From NCBI GenBank assembly GCA_031416315.1, contig JANOTL010000201.1:15685-79684 (forward strand): a stretch of 64,000 nucleotides of DNA. The letters run 5' to 3'. Shown in pieces: positions 24,516-33,218 of this stretch. A program made the position numbers and the translations under genes. The notes under the pieces were generated by a model. That model saw only the letters and a list, made by a program, of their open reading frames with translations. It was not told the origin of the DNA and did no database searches. Source of the DNA: Pseudomonadota bacterium (GTDB lineage Bacteria; Bdellovibrionota_B; Oligoflexia; Oligoflexales; CAIYRB01). Numbering within the stretch: the first letter of the stretch is position 1; each line of letters starts with the position of its first letter.

Positions 24516-26498
24516 GTGGCACGACCCAAATCGACCTCTACCTCGGCAGCTGCGAAAGCGGCCGAAGGCGACAGCGACTACCTCCAAAAGGTCAAAAAGT
24601 CGGCGAAGACGATCACCACGTCGAGCACGGCCGAATATTTTTCCAAGAACCTGCAACAGGTCGGCTTCTCCTCCCCCGTCAAAGCGGTCCTGACCACTTT
24701 GAAGGAGGCCGTCGACAACTCGCTCGACGCCTGCGAGGACGCCGGCATTCTCCCGGAGCTTTCGCTCATCATCCACCGGCTCGGGCCGGGGACGCTGAAG
24801 AACACCGACAATATCCGGATCAAAGTCGAGGACAACGGCCCCGGCATCGAGGCCGACGATATCCCGAAGGTTTTCGGCGAGTATCTGGCGTCCTCGAAGT
24901 TCGGCCGCGGCCGCTGCTCCCGCGGGCAGCAGGGCATCGGCATCTCGGCCGCGACGACCTGGGCGATGCAGACCACCGCGCGCGGCGCGAAAGTGATCAC
25001 GAAGCAGAAATCGCAGCGCAAGGCGGTCAGCTGCATCATCGACATGGACCTGAAGAACAACAAGGGCATCGTCCGCGACAAGACGATGATCGAGTGGAAA
25101 GAGCCGCACGGCACCGTCGTCGAGTTCACCCTCGACGGGCGCATCCAGCTGAACGGCGAGGGCGGTCTCCTCACGTATATCCGCGGGACGATCCTCCTCA
25201 ACCCGCACATGACCCTGCATTACGACATCACGGACCACCCGAAAACCAGCGTCGAGCGCGTCACGAACACCGTGCCGCTGATCCCTGAGGCCACCGAGCC
25301 GCATCCGCACACGATGAAGCTCGGCGAGTTCATCTCGCACGCGCGCCTCTTCGGCCGGATGAAGACGCGCGACTGGCTGAAGCGCGGCTTCTCCCGCATC
25401 AACGATCGCGCCATCGCCGACATCCAGAAGGACAAGGACAAGTCGAAGCGCATCGAGGACAAGACCCTCGACGCCTTCATCGACACGATCGCCGACGACA
25501 ATTTCAAGGCGGTCTACGCCGCCATCCAGCACGCCACGTTGCTGCCGCCCGCGACCAACACGGTCATGGCCGTCGGCGAGGACGGCCTGGCCCTTTCGAT
25601 CCGCCGCCTGGGCGACGTCGACTACTTTGCCGTCCTGACCCGCAAACCCGCGATCTGCGACTTCAAACCCGTGCAAATCGAGGTGGCCATCGCGCGCCTC
25701 AAAGAGCGTACGGGCGAGGACACGGACAGCCCCGTCCAAGTTCTGCGCTTCGCCAACCGCGTGCCTCTGCAGTTCGACAAAGCGTCCTGCGCCATCGTGA
25801 AATCTTTGACCTCGGTGCAATGGCGCTCCTACGGCCTGCGCCAGCCGAAGGATTCTCTGCCGCTCGGCCCGTATATCGTCGCCGTCTCGGTCGTCTCGCC
25901 CTTCATCAAATTCAAGAACGCCTCGAAAGAGACGATCGACGCCTCCGACGAGCTCGTCGAGGAATTGCGCCGAGCGCTCATGCAAGCCGGCCAGCGCCTG
26001 TCTCGCTACTTGAAGCGCGAGAACAAGGCCGACGTCCTCGAGCAACGCGTGCAGCACATGGAGCAGTTCGGCCCCGTGTTGATCGAGACGCTCGCCCGAA
26101 TCCTCGAAGCCCCCGACGAGCGCAAGCAGCGCGCCACCGAGGGCCTTTCGAAGATTCTCGAGCGCGACACCAAAGGCCTGAAGAAAGATCTGAAGGACGC
26201 CGAAGGCCGGCTCTCAAGCTACCTCGAGCAGAAAAAGCAGCGCCTTTCGGGCTTCTTCAAGACGATCGAGGCGGAGGAAGAAGAGGCCGAGCGCAAGCTG
26301 AAGGCCGGCGACGACGACGAAGACACGATCGATGCCGAGGCCGAAGAGGTCGAGTCCAAGCCAGCGCCGGCGAAGAAGGCCAAGAAAGGCAAGAAGAGCA
26401 AGGCGGCCGCCGCCCCGGCGCCCGCGCCCGCGAAAAAAGCCGCGCCCGCCAAAAATGCCCCGCCCGCGAAAAAAGCCAAAGCCAAGAAGAAGAAGTAA
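24516..26498 (+). CDS. top6B: DNA topoisomerase VI subunit B (type IIB, GHKL ATPase) with a K/A/P-rich C-terminal tail
   Basis: Bergerat-fold boxes EAVDNSLDA (N box), VEDNGPGI (G1) and SRGQQGIGIS (G2) are present, followed by a transducer-length region. The C-terminus is a coiled-coil/acidic stretch then KKAKKGKKSKAAAAPAPAPAKKAAPAKNAPPAKKAKAKKKK. The start codon is GTG. Confidence 0.88.
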   Translation: MARPKSTSTSAAAKAAEGDSDYLQKVKKSAKTITTSSTAEYFSKNLQQVGFSSPVKAVLTTLKEAVDNSLDACEDAGILPELSLIIHRLGPGTLKNTDNIRIKVEDNGPGIEADDIPKVFGEYLASSKFGRGRCSRGQQGIGISAATTWAMQTTARGAKVITKQKSQRKAVSCIIDMDLKNNKGIVRDKTMIEWKEPHGTVVEFTLDGRIQLNGEGGLLTYIRGTILLNPHMTLHYDITDHPKTSVERVTNTVPLIPEATEPHPHTMKLGEFISHARLFGRMKTRDWLKRGFSRINDRAIADIQKDKDKSKRIEDKTLDAFIDTIADDNFKAVYAAIQHATLLPPATNTVMAVGEDGLALSIRRLGDVDYFAVLTRKPAICDFKPVQIEVAIARLKERTGEDTDSPVQVLRFANRVPLQFDKASCAIVKSLTSVQWRSYGLRQPKDSLPLGPYIVAVSVVSPFIKFKNASKETIDASDELVEELRRALMQAGQRLSRYLKRENKADVLEQRVQHMEQFGPVLIETLARILEAPDERKQRATEGLSKILERDTKGLKKDLKDAEGRLSSYLEQKKQRLSGFFKTIEAEEEEAERKLKAGDDDEDTIDAEAEEVESKPAPAKKAKKGKKSKAAAAPAPAPAKKAAPAKNAPPAKKAKAKKKK

Positions 26499-26501
26499 GC
26501 C

Positions 26502-27677
26502 ATGGCCAAAGCCACCACGACCGCCCGCCGCGCCGGGAAAAAAGGCGCCGAGATCATCGGTCTCGGCAAAGAGCTGTGCGAGAAGATGATGGTCGACCTG
26601 GAGAAGGCGAAACGCCCCATCCTCCAGGCCACCAAGTGCTCGCTCGACAACGCCAACTACTCGCCGACGGTCGGCTACCTGACCCCAGGCAACAAGAAGG
26701 TCTCCTCCGAGCTCAACGTCAGCTCGGTGAAGAAGATTACCCGCGCGATTTTCATGCTGGAGCTCCTCCTCCGCAACGTCGAGATCCAGACGATCAATAC
26801 GAAACGGGAGCTCTACTACGTCGCCAAAGGCTACGTGAAGCACGACCCCAAGCTGAAAGCCCTCGATTTCGGCGATCAGGACGAGTCCGACTCCGTCATC
26901 GACTTCATCTGCGAGATGATGGAGGCCTACCGCGAGGAGCTGAACTGCGTCGCCGACGACCGCGGCGGCCAGACCTACTCGAAGAACCTCGTCGTCGTCG
27001 AGACCGAGTCGGACGGCAACGTCGCCACCATCGACTTAGGCTCTCTCGGTACGGCGCCCTTCCAGCCGAAGAACCGGCCGCAGAACCTCGAGCTCAAGAC
27101 CACCGGCAAGCTCGACTTCTGCATCGTCATCGAGTCGCAGGGCACGGCGAACACGCTCGTCGCCAACGGCTTTACCAAGCGCAACAACTGCATCGTCATC
27201 GGCTCAGGGGGCGTCCCCTCCAACGCCGTGCGCGCCTGGCTCCGCCGGATCCAAGATCAGCTGGGCATCCCGCTCTACTTCTTCGGCGACCTCGACGCCT
27301 ATACGATCCAGAACATCTACCGGACGCTCAAGGCCGGCTCCGCCGCCTCCTTGATCCGCAACTCCGAGTTCTGCGCCCCGGAGGTCCGCTTCCTCGGCGT
27401 CCTCCCCGACGACATCAAAAAATACGACCTCGTCGACTACGCCGTGCGCGAGGCCGACATCGGCGAAGCCCGCGCGCTGAAGAAGGCGAAAGACGCGATC
27501 TCCAACGACCCGTTCTTCAAAGACAAGAAGAACAAGGAGCTGAAAGAGATCCTCGACTGGCTCGTGAAGAACAAGCGCCGCTGCGAGCAGCAGGCCTACA
27601 TCTCCGTCGATCCGCGCGATCCGCTCTGCATGGAGAAGATCCTGATCGACAAGATCAAGAAGAAGGACTTCATCTAG
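26502..27677 (+). CDS. top6A: DNA topoisomerase VI subunit A (Spo11 family)
   Basis: KRELYYV at residues 101-107 is the catalytic-tyrosine context. Toprim acidic residues are present (CIVIESQG and FFGDLDAYT). The 391-aa length matches archaeal Top6A. The gene starts 3 nt after the top6B stop. Confidence 0.88.
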   Translation: MAKATTTARRAGKKGAEIIGLGKELCEKMMVDLEKAKRPILQATKCSLDNANYSPTVGYLTPGNKKVSSELNVSSVKKITRAIFMLELLLRNVEIQTINTKRELYYVAKGYVKHDPKLKALDFGDQDESDSVIDFICEMMEAYREELNCVADDRGGQTYSKNLVVVETESDGNVATIDLGSLGTAPFQPKNRPQNLELKTTGKLDFCIVIESQGTANTLVANGFTKRNNCIVIGSGGVPSNAVRAWLRRIQDQLGIPLYFFGDLDAYTIQNIYRTLKAGSAASLIRNSEFCAPEVRFLGVLPDDIKKYDLVDYAVREADIGEARALKKAKDAISNDPFFKDKKNKELKEILDWLVKNKRRCEQQAYISVDPRDPLCMEKILIDKIKKKDFI

Positions 27678-27687
27678 GACTTAGACC

Positions 27688-30600
27688 GTGCCCTCCGTCC
27701 GCGGCCTCCCCTCACTCGTGTCCGGTGCCCTAGCGGCTCTCGCGGCCGGACGAAGGGTGCAGGTCGCCGGCGTGTCGGAATCCTTGGCCGAGCTCGTCGT
27801 CCTCACCCTCGCCCGCCGTGCCGCTCGCAAGAAGCTCGTTCTGGTTCTGCCGCACCCGAAGGAGCTTACGCCTTGGACCCAGTTCCTCGAGCACACGCTG
27901 CCCGAGGTCGTCCCAGAGGCCCGTTCCGCGATCCTTCCGTTTTTCTCGCTCTACGGCAACGACCGCTTCATCAACCCGAGCCTCGCCCGCAAGCAGCGCC
28001 TCTATGCGATCGCGGCCTTGGCCGACCCCACGCGCCCGGCCGTGATTGCGACGACGCTCCCGGCCCTCGCGCAAGCCACGCTGGCTCCGAGCGAGCTCGT
28101 ACCCCATCTCTTCACGGTGAAAACCGGCCAAGAGCTCGACCCCGACCGTTTCATCGCGGTCCTCGAGGACTTAGGCTACGCGCCGCACGCCTCGGTCGAG
28201 GAAGAAGGTCAATACGCGCTCCGCGGCGGCATCGTCGACGTCTTCCCCGTGAATCGCGACCTGCCGCTCCGAATCGAGTTCCTCGGCGACGACGTCGCCT
28301 CCATGCGCGAGTTTGTCCTCGCCGACCAGAAATCGCGCACGACGCTGGCCGAAGCGACCATCGCCCCCGCCTACGAGGCCCTGACCCCCGCCTCGAGCCG
28401 CAAGGGCGACGCGCAAAAGCTCTACGAGATCCTGATGGAGCTGAAGGACCTCCATCCCGCCGACCGCGACGGCATGGTCTCCGCCTTCCTCCAGGGCGCG
28501 CGCTTCGCCGGCTTCGACATGTTCTCGCCGCTTTTCCGCGCGGCGCCCGCCTGCGCGCTCGACTACCTCGATGCCGGAGACTCCCTCCTCGTCTTCCCGA
28601 AGGGCCTCGAAGCGTGCACGGAGCACTACACGGATTTTCAGGCCGCGCTCGCCGAAGCCTTCGTCCGCGACGTCGAGAAGGGGCGCCCGACGCTTCCCAC
28701 CGACCGCCACTTTCCGTCACCCGCCGCCCTCGCCGAAAAGCTCGCGCCGCTCCGCGCCGTCGTCGAGTTCGGCAACCCTTTCGCCTCCCCCGAAGCCGAG
28801 CTCTTCCGCGTCGAAGGCCGCCTCACGCTCGACGGCGCCCCCAACGTCGCTTCCGTCGGCGCCGAGCTCTTCGAGAAATGGGCGAGCGCCATCCAGAAGC
28901 TCGCCGTGGAGAATTCCGGCAGCGTCATCCTGCTCGCGCACCACGACGAGCAGATGGACCGCATCAAGAACCTCCTCGGCCACCGTAGCCTGAACGCCGA
29001 GCGCACGCCGAGCCTTCTCGCGGCCTTCGTCGACCAAAAGCTGACCCCCGGCGCCATCCTCATCGGCAAAGGCGACCTCGCCTCGCACGCTTTCGTCGAG
29101 GGCGAAGGCGGCCAGGCCACCCTCGTCCTGCCGGAGCACGCGCTTTTCGGCGCCCGCCCGCGCAAGGCGAAGCCGGCGTCGCAGAAGCTGCAGAACTACC
29201 TGTCTTCCTTCGCCGACCTCAAGGCCGGCGACCTCATCGTGCACGTCCAGCACGGCATCGGCCGCTATCAGGGCATGTCGACCCTCACGGTCGCCGGCGT
29301 CGCGAGCGATTTCCTGATCCTGGAATACGCCTCGGGCGACAAAGTCTACCTCCCCGTCGACCGTTTGAACCTCCTTCAGCGCTACAACGTCGGCTCGGAA
29401 GGCGCCGGCTCGCACGCGCTCGACAAGATTGGCGGCCCCGGCTGGGAGAAGCGGAAATCCCGGGTCAAAGGCGCGGTCAAGGACATGGCCGACGAGCTCA
29501 TCAAGATTCAGGCGAAGCGCGCCTTGGCCAAAGGCTTCGCCTTCCACGCCACCGACGATGAGTACGTCAAGTTCGAGGCCGCGTTCCCGTACGAAGAGAC
29601 GGAGGACCAGACCCGCGCGCTCACCGACGTCGACGCCGACCTCCTTTCGGGCCGACCCATGGACCGCCTCGTTTGCGGCGACGTCGGCTTCGGCAAGACG
29701 GAGATCGCGCTCCGCGCCGCCATGCGTGCGGTCCTCGAAGGCTACCAAGTCCTCGTCCTCGTCCCGACCACCGTCCTTTGCTACCAACACTATCGGACCT
29801 TCCAGACGCGCCTCGACCCCTTCGGCGTCCGCGTCGCCCAGGTCAACCGCTTCGTCTCCTCCGTAGAGCTCGCCGAGGCGGTGAAAGGCCTCGAGGAAGG
29901 CCGCGTCGACGTCTTGATCGGCACCCATCGCATCCTTTCGAACGACATCAAGCCCAAGCGCCTCGGCCTCCTCGTCATCGACGAAGAGCAGCGTTTCGGC
30001 GTCGCCCACAAAGAGAAGCTGAAACAGGTCCGCGCCGGCGCCCACGTCCTCACGCTCACGGCGACGCCGATCCCGCGCACGTTGCACATGGCGATGGTCG
30101 GCCTCCGGGACATCTCGATCATCGCCACGCCGCCGCACGACCGCCTCTCGGTGAAGACTTACATCTCCCGCTTCGACGAAGCGCTGATCAAGGAAGCGAT
30201 CGAGAACGAGGTGCGCCGCGGCGGCCAGGTCTTCTTCGTCCACAACCGCGTCGAGGACATCGAGGAAATCCGCCTCTTCCTCAAGACCCTCGTCCCCCAC
30301 CTGGAGATCCGCGTCGGCCACGGTCAGATGCGCGAGCACCAGCTCGAGAAGGTCATCGTCGACTTCCTCGAGCAAAAGTTCCCGATCCTGCTTTGCACGA
30401 CGATCATCGAATCCGGCATCGACATGCCGAACGTCAACACGCTCATCGTCGACCGCGCCGACCGCTACGGCCTGGCGCAGCTCTACCAGCTTCGCGGCCG
30501 CGTCGGCCGCTCGAACGTCCAGGCTTACGCCTATTTCCTCACGCCGGTCGAAGAGCGCCTGAGCGAAGAAGGCAAAAAACGTCTCGACGTCCTCGCCGCC

Positions 30601-31251
30601 TACCAGGATCTCGGCGCCGGCTTCCAGATCGCGAGCCACGACCTCGAGCTCCGCGGCTCCGGCAACCTGCTCGGCGGCGAGCAGTCGGGACACGCCGCCG
30701 CGGTCGGCCTCGAGCTGTACACGCAGCTCCTCGACGGCGCCATCGCCGCCCTCCGCGGCGAAGCGGTCGAGGAGATCGTCGACCCGGAGATCAAGCTCCC
30801 GGTCTCCGCCCTCATCCCTCCGACCTACATCGCGGAAGAGCGCCAACGCCTCGTCCTCTACAAGCAGCTCTTCGCCGCCGAGTCGACCGAGACCTTGAGT
30901 CGCCTGAAGCTCGACGTCGAGGACCGCTACGGCAAGGCGCCGCCGGAGCTCGCCCTCCTGCTCAAGGTCGCGCGCCTGAAACAGCAGCTCCGCCAGATCC
31001 GCGTCCAGCGGCTCGCGGCCTCGAACGACGCCTTCGAGCTCCGCTTCGCCAAGCTCGCCGAGACGCAGATCGACTCGCTCATCCAGATCGTAGCCAAGCA
31101 ACCGGACCGTTACCGCCTGTCGCCGGACTATCGCCTCTATCTGAAGCTGAAAGTCCCCGGCCGCGTCACCCTCGAGTCCCAGGACGAGATGCTCAACCAG
31201 CTCATTTCGCTCGTCGACCCGCTCGTGGAAAAGTTAGCGACGGGGTCCTAG
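27688..31251 (+). CDS. mfd: Transcription-repair coupling factor
   Basis: 1187 aa with an SF2 helicase core (GDVGFGKTEIALRAA, DEEQRFGV, TLTATPIPRTL, QLRGRVGRS), a UvrB-homology N-terminus and a TRCF C-terminal domain. Confidence 0.95.
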   Translation: MPSVRGLPSLVSGALAALAAGRRVQVAGVSESLAELVVLTLARRAARKKLVLVLPHPKELTPWTQFLEHTLPEVVPEARSAILPFFSLYGNDRFINPSLARKQRLYAIAALADPTRPAVIATTLPALAQATLAPSELVPHLFTVKTGQELDPDRFIAVLEDLGYAPHASVEEEGQYALRGGIVDVFPVNRDLPLRIEFLGDDVASMREFVLADQKSRTTLAEATIAPAYEALTPASSRKGDAQKLYEILMELKDLHPADRDGMVSAFLQGARFAGFDMFSPLFRAAPACALDYLDAGDSLLVFPKGLEACTEHYTDFQAALAEAFVRDVEKGRPTLPTDRHFPSPAALAEKLAPLRAVVEFGNPFASPEAELFRVEGRLTLDGAPNVASVGAELFEKWASAIQKLAVENSGSVILLAHHDEQMDRIKNLLGHRSLNAERTPSLLAAFVDQKLTPGAILIGKGDLASHAFVEGEGGQATLVLPEHALFGARPRKAKPASQKLQNYLSSFADLKAGDLIVHVQHGIGRYQGMSTLTVAGVASDFLILEYASGDKVYLPVDRLNLLQRYNVGSEGAGSHALDKIGGPGWEKRKSRVKGAVKDMADELIKIQAKRALAKGFAFHATDDEYVKFEAAFPYEETEDQTRALTDVDADLLSGRPMDRLVCGDVGFGKTEIALRAAMRAVLEGYQVLVLVPTTVLCYQHYRTFQTRLDPFGVRVAQVNRFVSSVELAEAVKGLEEGRVDVLIGTHRILSNDIKPKRLGLLVIDEEQRFGVAHKEKLKQVRAGAHVLTLTATPIPRTLHMAMVGLRDISIIATPPHDRLSVKTYISRFDEALIKEAIENEVRRGGQVFFVHNRVEDIEEIRLFLKTLVPHLEIRVGHGQMREHQLEKVIVDFLEQKFPILLCTTIIESGIDMPNVNTLIVDRADRYGLAQLYQLRGRVGRSNVQAYAYFLTPVEERLSEEGKKRLDVLAAYQDLGAGFQIASHDLELRGSGNLLGGEQSGHAAAVGLELYTQLLDGAIAALRGEAVEEIVDPEIKLPVSALIPPTYIAEERQRLVLYKQLFAAESTETLSRLKLDVEDRYGKAPPELALLLKVARLKQQLRQIRVQRLAASNDAFELRFAKLAETQIDSLIQIVAKQPDRYRLSPDYRLYLKLKVPGRVTLESQDEMLNQLISLVDPLVEKLATGS

Positions 31252-32163
31252 CATCGCCTCGACCGCAGCCAGCCGCGCGGCGAAATCGTTCTTCTGGTGC
31301 ACCTTCACGTCCTGTTTCTCCAGCTCGGAGAACCGCTTCGCATCGCGCAAGTACTGCGCCGCCGCCGCCGCCTTCGTCTTCATCGCGGCGGTCTCCGCCG
31401 CAAGTCCGAGCGTGTCGAGCGTCCCGATCGCGAGGGCCCACGCCTCGAGGTTGAACAGCGAATAATGCAGGGGCCGCGTCCGCTCCAGCTCCTCAGGCTG
31501 CGCCCCGTCCGGCGCGAACTGCGTCCTTTCCAGCCGCGCCAGCTCCGGCAGCAGCGCTTTCGCCTCGCCCCGCGCCTCCGCCGCCGTCCGCGTCGCGCGC
31601 AGGAGCGTCAACCGCGTCGCGTAGTAAAACGTCGCGTGGTTGTTGTCGCGCGCCGCCTCTCGCTTCCCGGCCACGGAATTCTTCAGCCACCCATCGAGCT
31701 GCACGAGCCAAGCCTTGAACCCCGGGCTCACGGCATGCGCCGTATCGGCCGCATGAACGACGCGGATGATTTCCCGCACCTCGATGATGCCGATGCCGTC
31801 GTCGGGCTTGTTCGGCTTATACTGCGCGTACGTGAAATCCGGCTTCAACGCCGTGGGCGCGGCGCCGAACCAAGCTTCGAGCAAGGTCTCGAAGTCGGCC
31901 TTGCACTTCTCCCCGCACGCCGCGAGCTTCTCCAGCCGCTTCACCGTCTTCTGGAGGAGGCCCTTGTGCCCGACGCTGTTGGCGTCTTTCCGCCGCACTC
32001 CGTCCGTCACGTATGGCGGCACGGAGAAGTAGAGCCGCGGATCGCCGCTCGGCGCCAACTCCTTAGCGTCCTGCGGCATGGGCAATTCGGATGAGACCTC
32101 GGGCGCCGTCGTCACGCAGCCGGCCACGAAAAACACTGCAAAAATCGCGGTCTTCATACTCAT
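31234..32163 (-). CDS. Alginate-lyase-like (polysaccharide lyase) lipoprotein
   Basis: The start at MSMKTAIFAVFFVAGC gives a lipobox. RDNNHATFYY resembles the NNHSYW motif of the alginate lyase family. It overlaps the mfd end convergently by 18 nt. Confidence 0.45.
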   Translation of the reverse strand: MSMKTAIFAVFFVAGCVTTAPEVSSELPMPQDAKELAPSGDPRLYFSVPPYVTDGVRRKDANSVGHKGLLQKTVKRLEKLAACGEKCKADFETLLEAWFGAAPTALKPDFTYAQYKPNKPDDGIGIIEVREIIRVVHAADTAHAVSPGFKAWLVQLDGWLKNSVAGKREAARDNNHATFYYATRLTLLRATRTAAEARGEAKALLPELARLERTQFAPDGAQPEELERTRPLHYSLFNLEAWALAIGTLDTLGLAAETAAMKTKAAAAAQYLRDAKRFSELEKQDVKVHQKNDFAARLAAVEAMLGPRR

Positions 32164-32190
32164 CCGCGCACCATATGCTAAAATCGGAGC

Positions 32191-33213
32191 ATGCTCAAAT
32201 TCGTATATTTTGCCTTCTGCGCGCTGTTCTTCGGCGCCGGCGTCTACGTCTGGAAAGTGAAGAATACCGGCGCCGCGCAGGTCGCCCCGGACGATCCCGT
32301 CGCGGCGGCCCCGCCCGCCGAGGATTTCCGTCAAACCGGCGCCTTGGTCGAAATTGCCGGCACCCAGATCACCCAGGAAGATGTGAACTGGGAATACGAC
32401 CTCGTCACCTCCGGCGTCGTCGGCAACGAAGAGCTCACCCCGATCCCCGACCTAGGCCCTCGTCTCACCGAAGAGCTGAAGCCGCTTCGCAAGGCGATCG
32501 TCGCCAACATCATCGAGCGCAAGCTCCTCTACGCCTTCGTCCAGCAGGACAAGTCGTTCGTGTTCGACGAGCCGAGCCGCTACGAGAGCTGCATGAAGGA
32601 ATGGCAGGAGACGATCAAGGCCGACCAGATCGGCGCCCAATCCTTCGCCTCCAAGGAAGGCCGCAATCGCCTCCGCGCCCGTCTCTGCGAACGCTCCGTC
32701 CTTGAGCAGTACCTCGACGAAAAGCTGTTTGCCGACGTGACCGCAAGCCCGGACGAAGCGCTCGAGTACTATAAGAACCATCGCGCCGAGTACAGCGTCT
32801 CCGAGCGCGTCGTCATCCGCCAGGTCCTCCTCGGCAGCGACGCCGACGCGAAGCGCGTGCGCGCCCAGATCAATACGCAGAACTTCGCCGACCTCGCGCG
32901 CTCCAAGTCGATCGCGCCGGAGGGCGTCGACGGCGGCAAGCTCGGCCCTTTCACCAAGTCCGCGATCCCCGCGATCTTCGAGATGGCCTTCAGCATGAAG
33001 AAGGGCGAGATCAGCCCGATCCTGAAATCGCCGTACGGCTACCACATCATGACGCTCGTCGAAAAGCTCCCGCGCTCCGAGCTTTCCTTCGACCAGGTGA
33101 AGAACAAGATCACCAAGGTCCTGCGCCGGAAGCAGCAGGAAGAGCGCTACCAGAAGTGGGTCGACAAGGCCCTGGCCTCGATCGCCGTGAGCTCCCCGAA
33201 ACCGCTGTGGTGA
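32191..33213 (+). CDS. Parvulin-type peptidyl-prolyl cis-trans isomerase (PpiC/PrsA-like), N-terminally anchored
   Basis: It has an N-terminal TM helix and a C-terminal parvulin domain (VVIRQVLL...GGKLGPFTKSAIPAIFEMAFSMKKGEISPILKSPYGYHIMTLVEK). Confidence 0.8.
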   Translation: MLKFVYFAFCALFFGAGVYVWKVKNTGAAQVAPDDPVAAAPPAEDFRQTGALVEIAGTQITQEDVNWEYDLVTSGVVGNEELTPIPDLGPRLTEELKPLRKAIVANIIERKLLYAFVQQDKSFVFDEPSRYESCMKEWQETIKADQIGAQSFASKEGRNRLRARLCERSVLEQYLDEKLFADVTASPDEALEYYKNHRAEYSVSERVVIRQVLLGSDADAKRVRAQINTQNFADLARSKSIAPEGVDGGKLGPFTKSAIPAIFEMAFSMKKGEISPILKSPYGYHIMTLVEKLPRSELSFDQVKNKITKVLRRKQQEERYQKWVDKALASIAVSSPKPLW

Positions 33214-33218
33214 ACCCG

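Noticed and set aside
25820-27733. 637-aa plus-strand ORF spanning the top6B/top6A junction in another frame.
   Set aside because: It is an extremely Arg/Pro-rich off-frame product. The two in-frame topo VI subunits explain the region fully.
28717-31101. 794-aa minus-strand ORF opposite mfd, and 48620..49519 and 50801..52063 opposite ribosomal genes and rpoA.
   Set aside because: They are antisense shadows of strongly conserved plus-strand genes.
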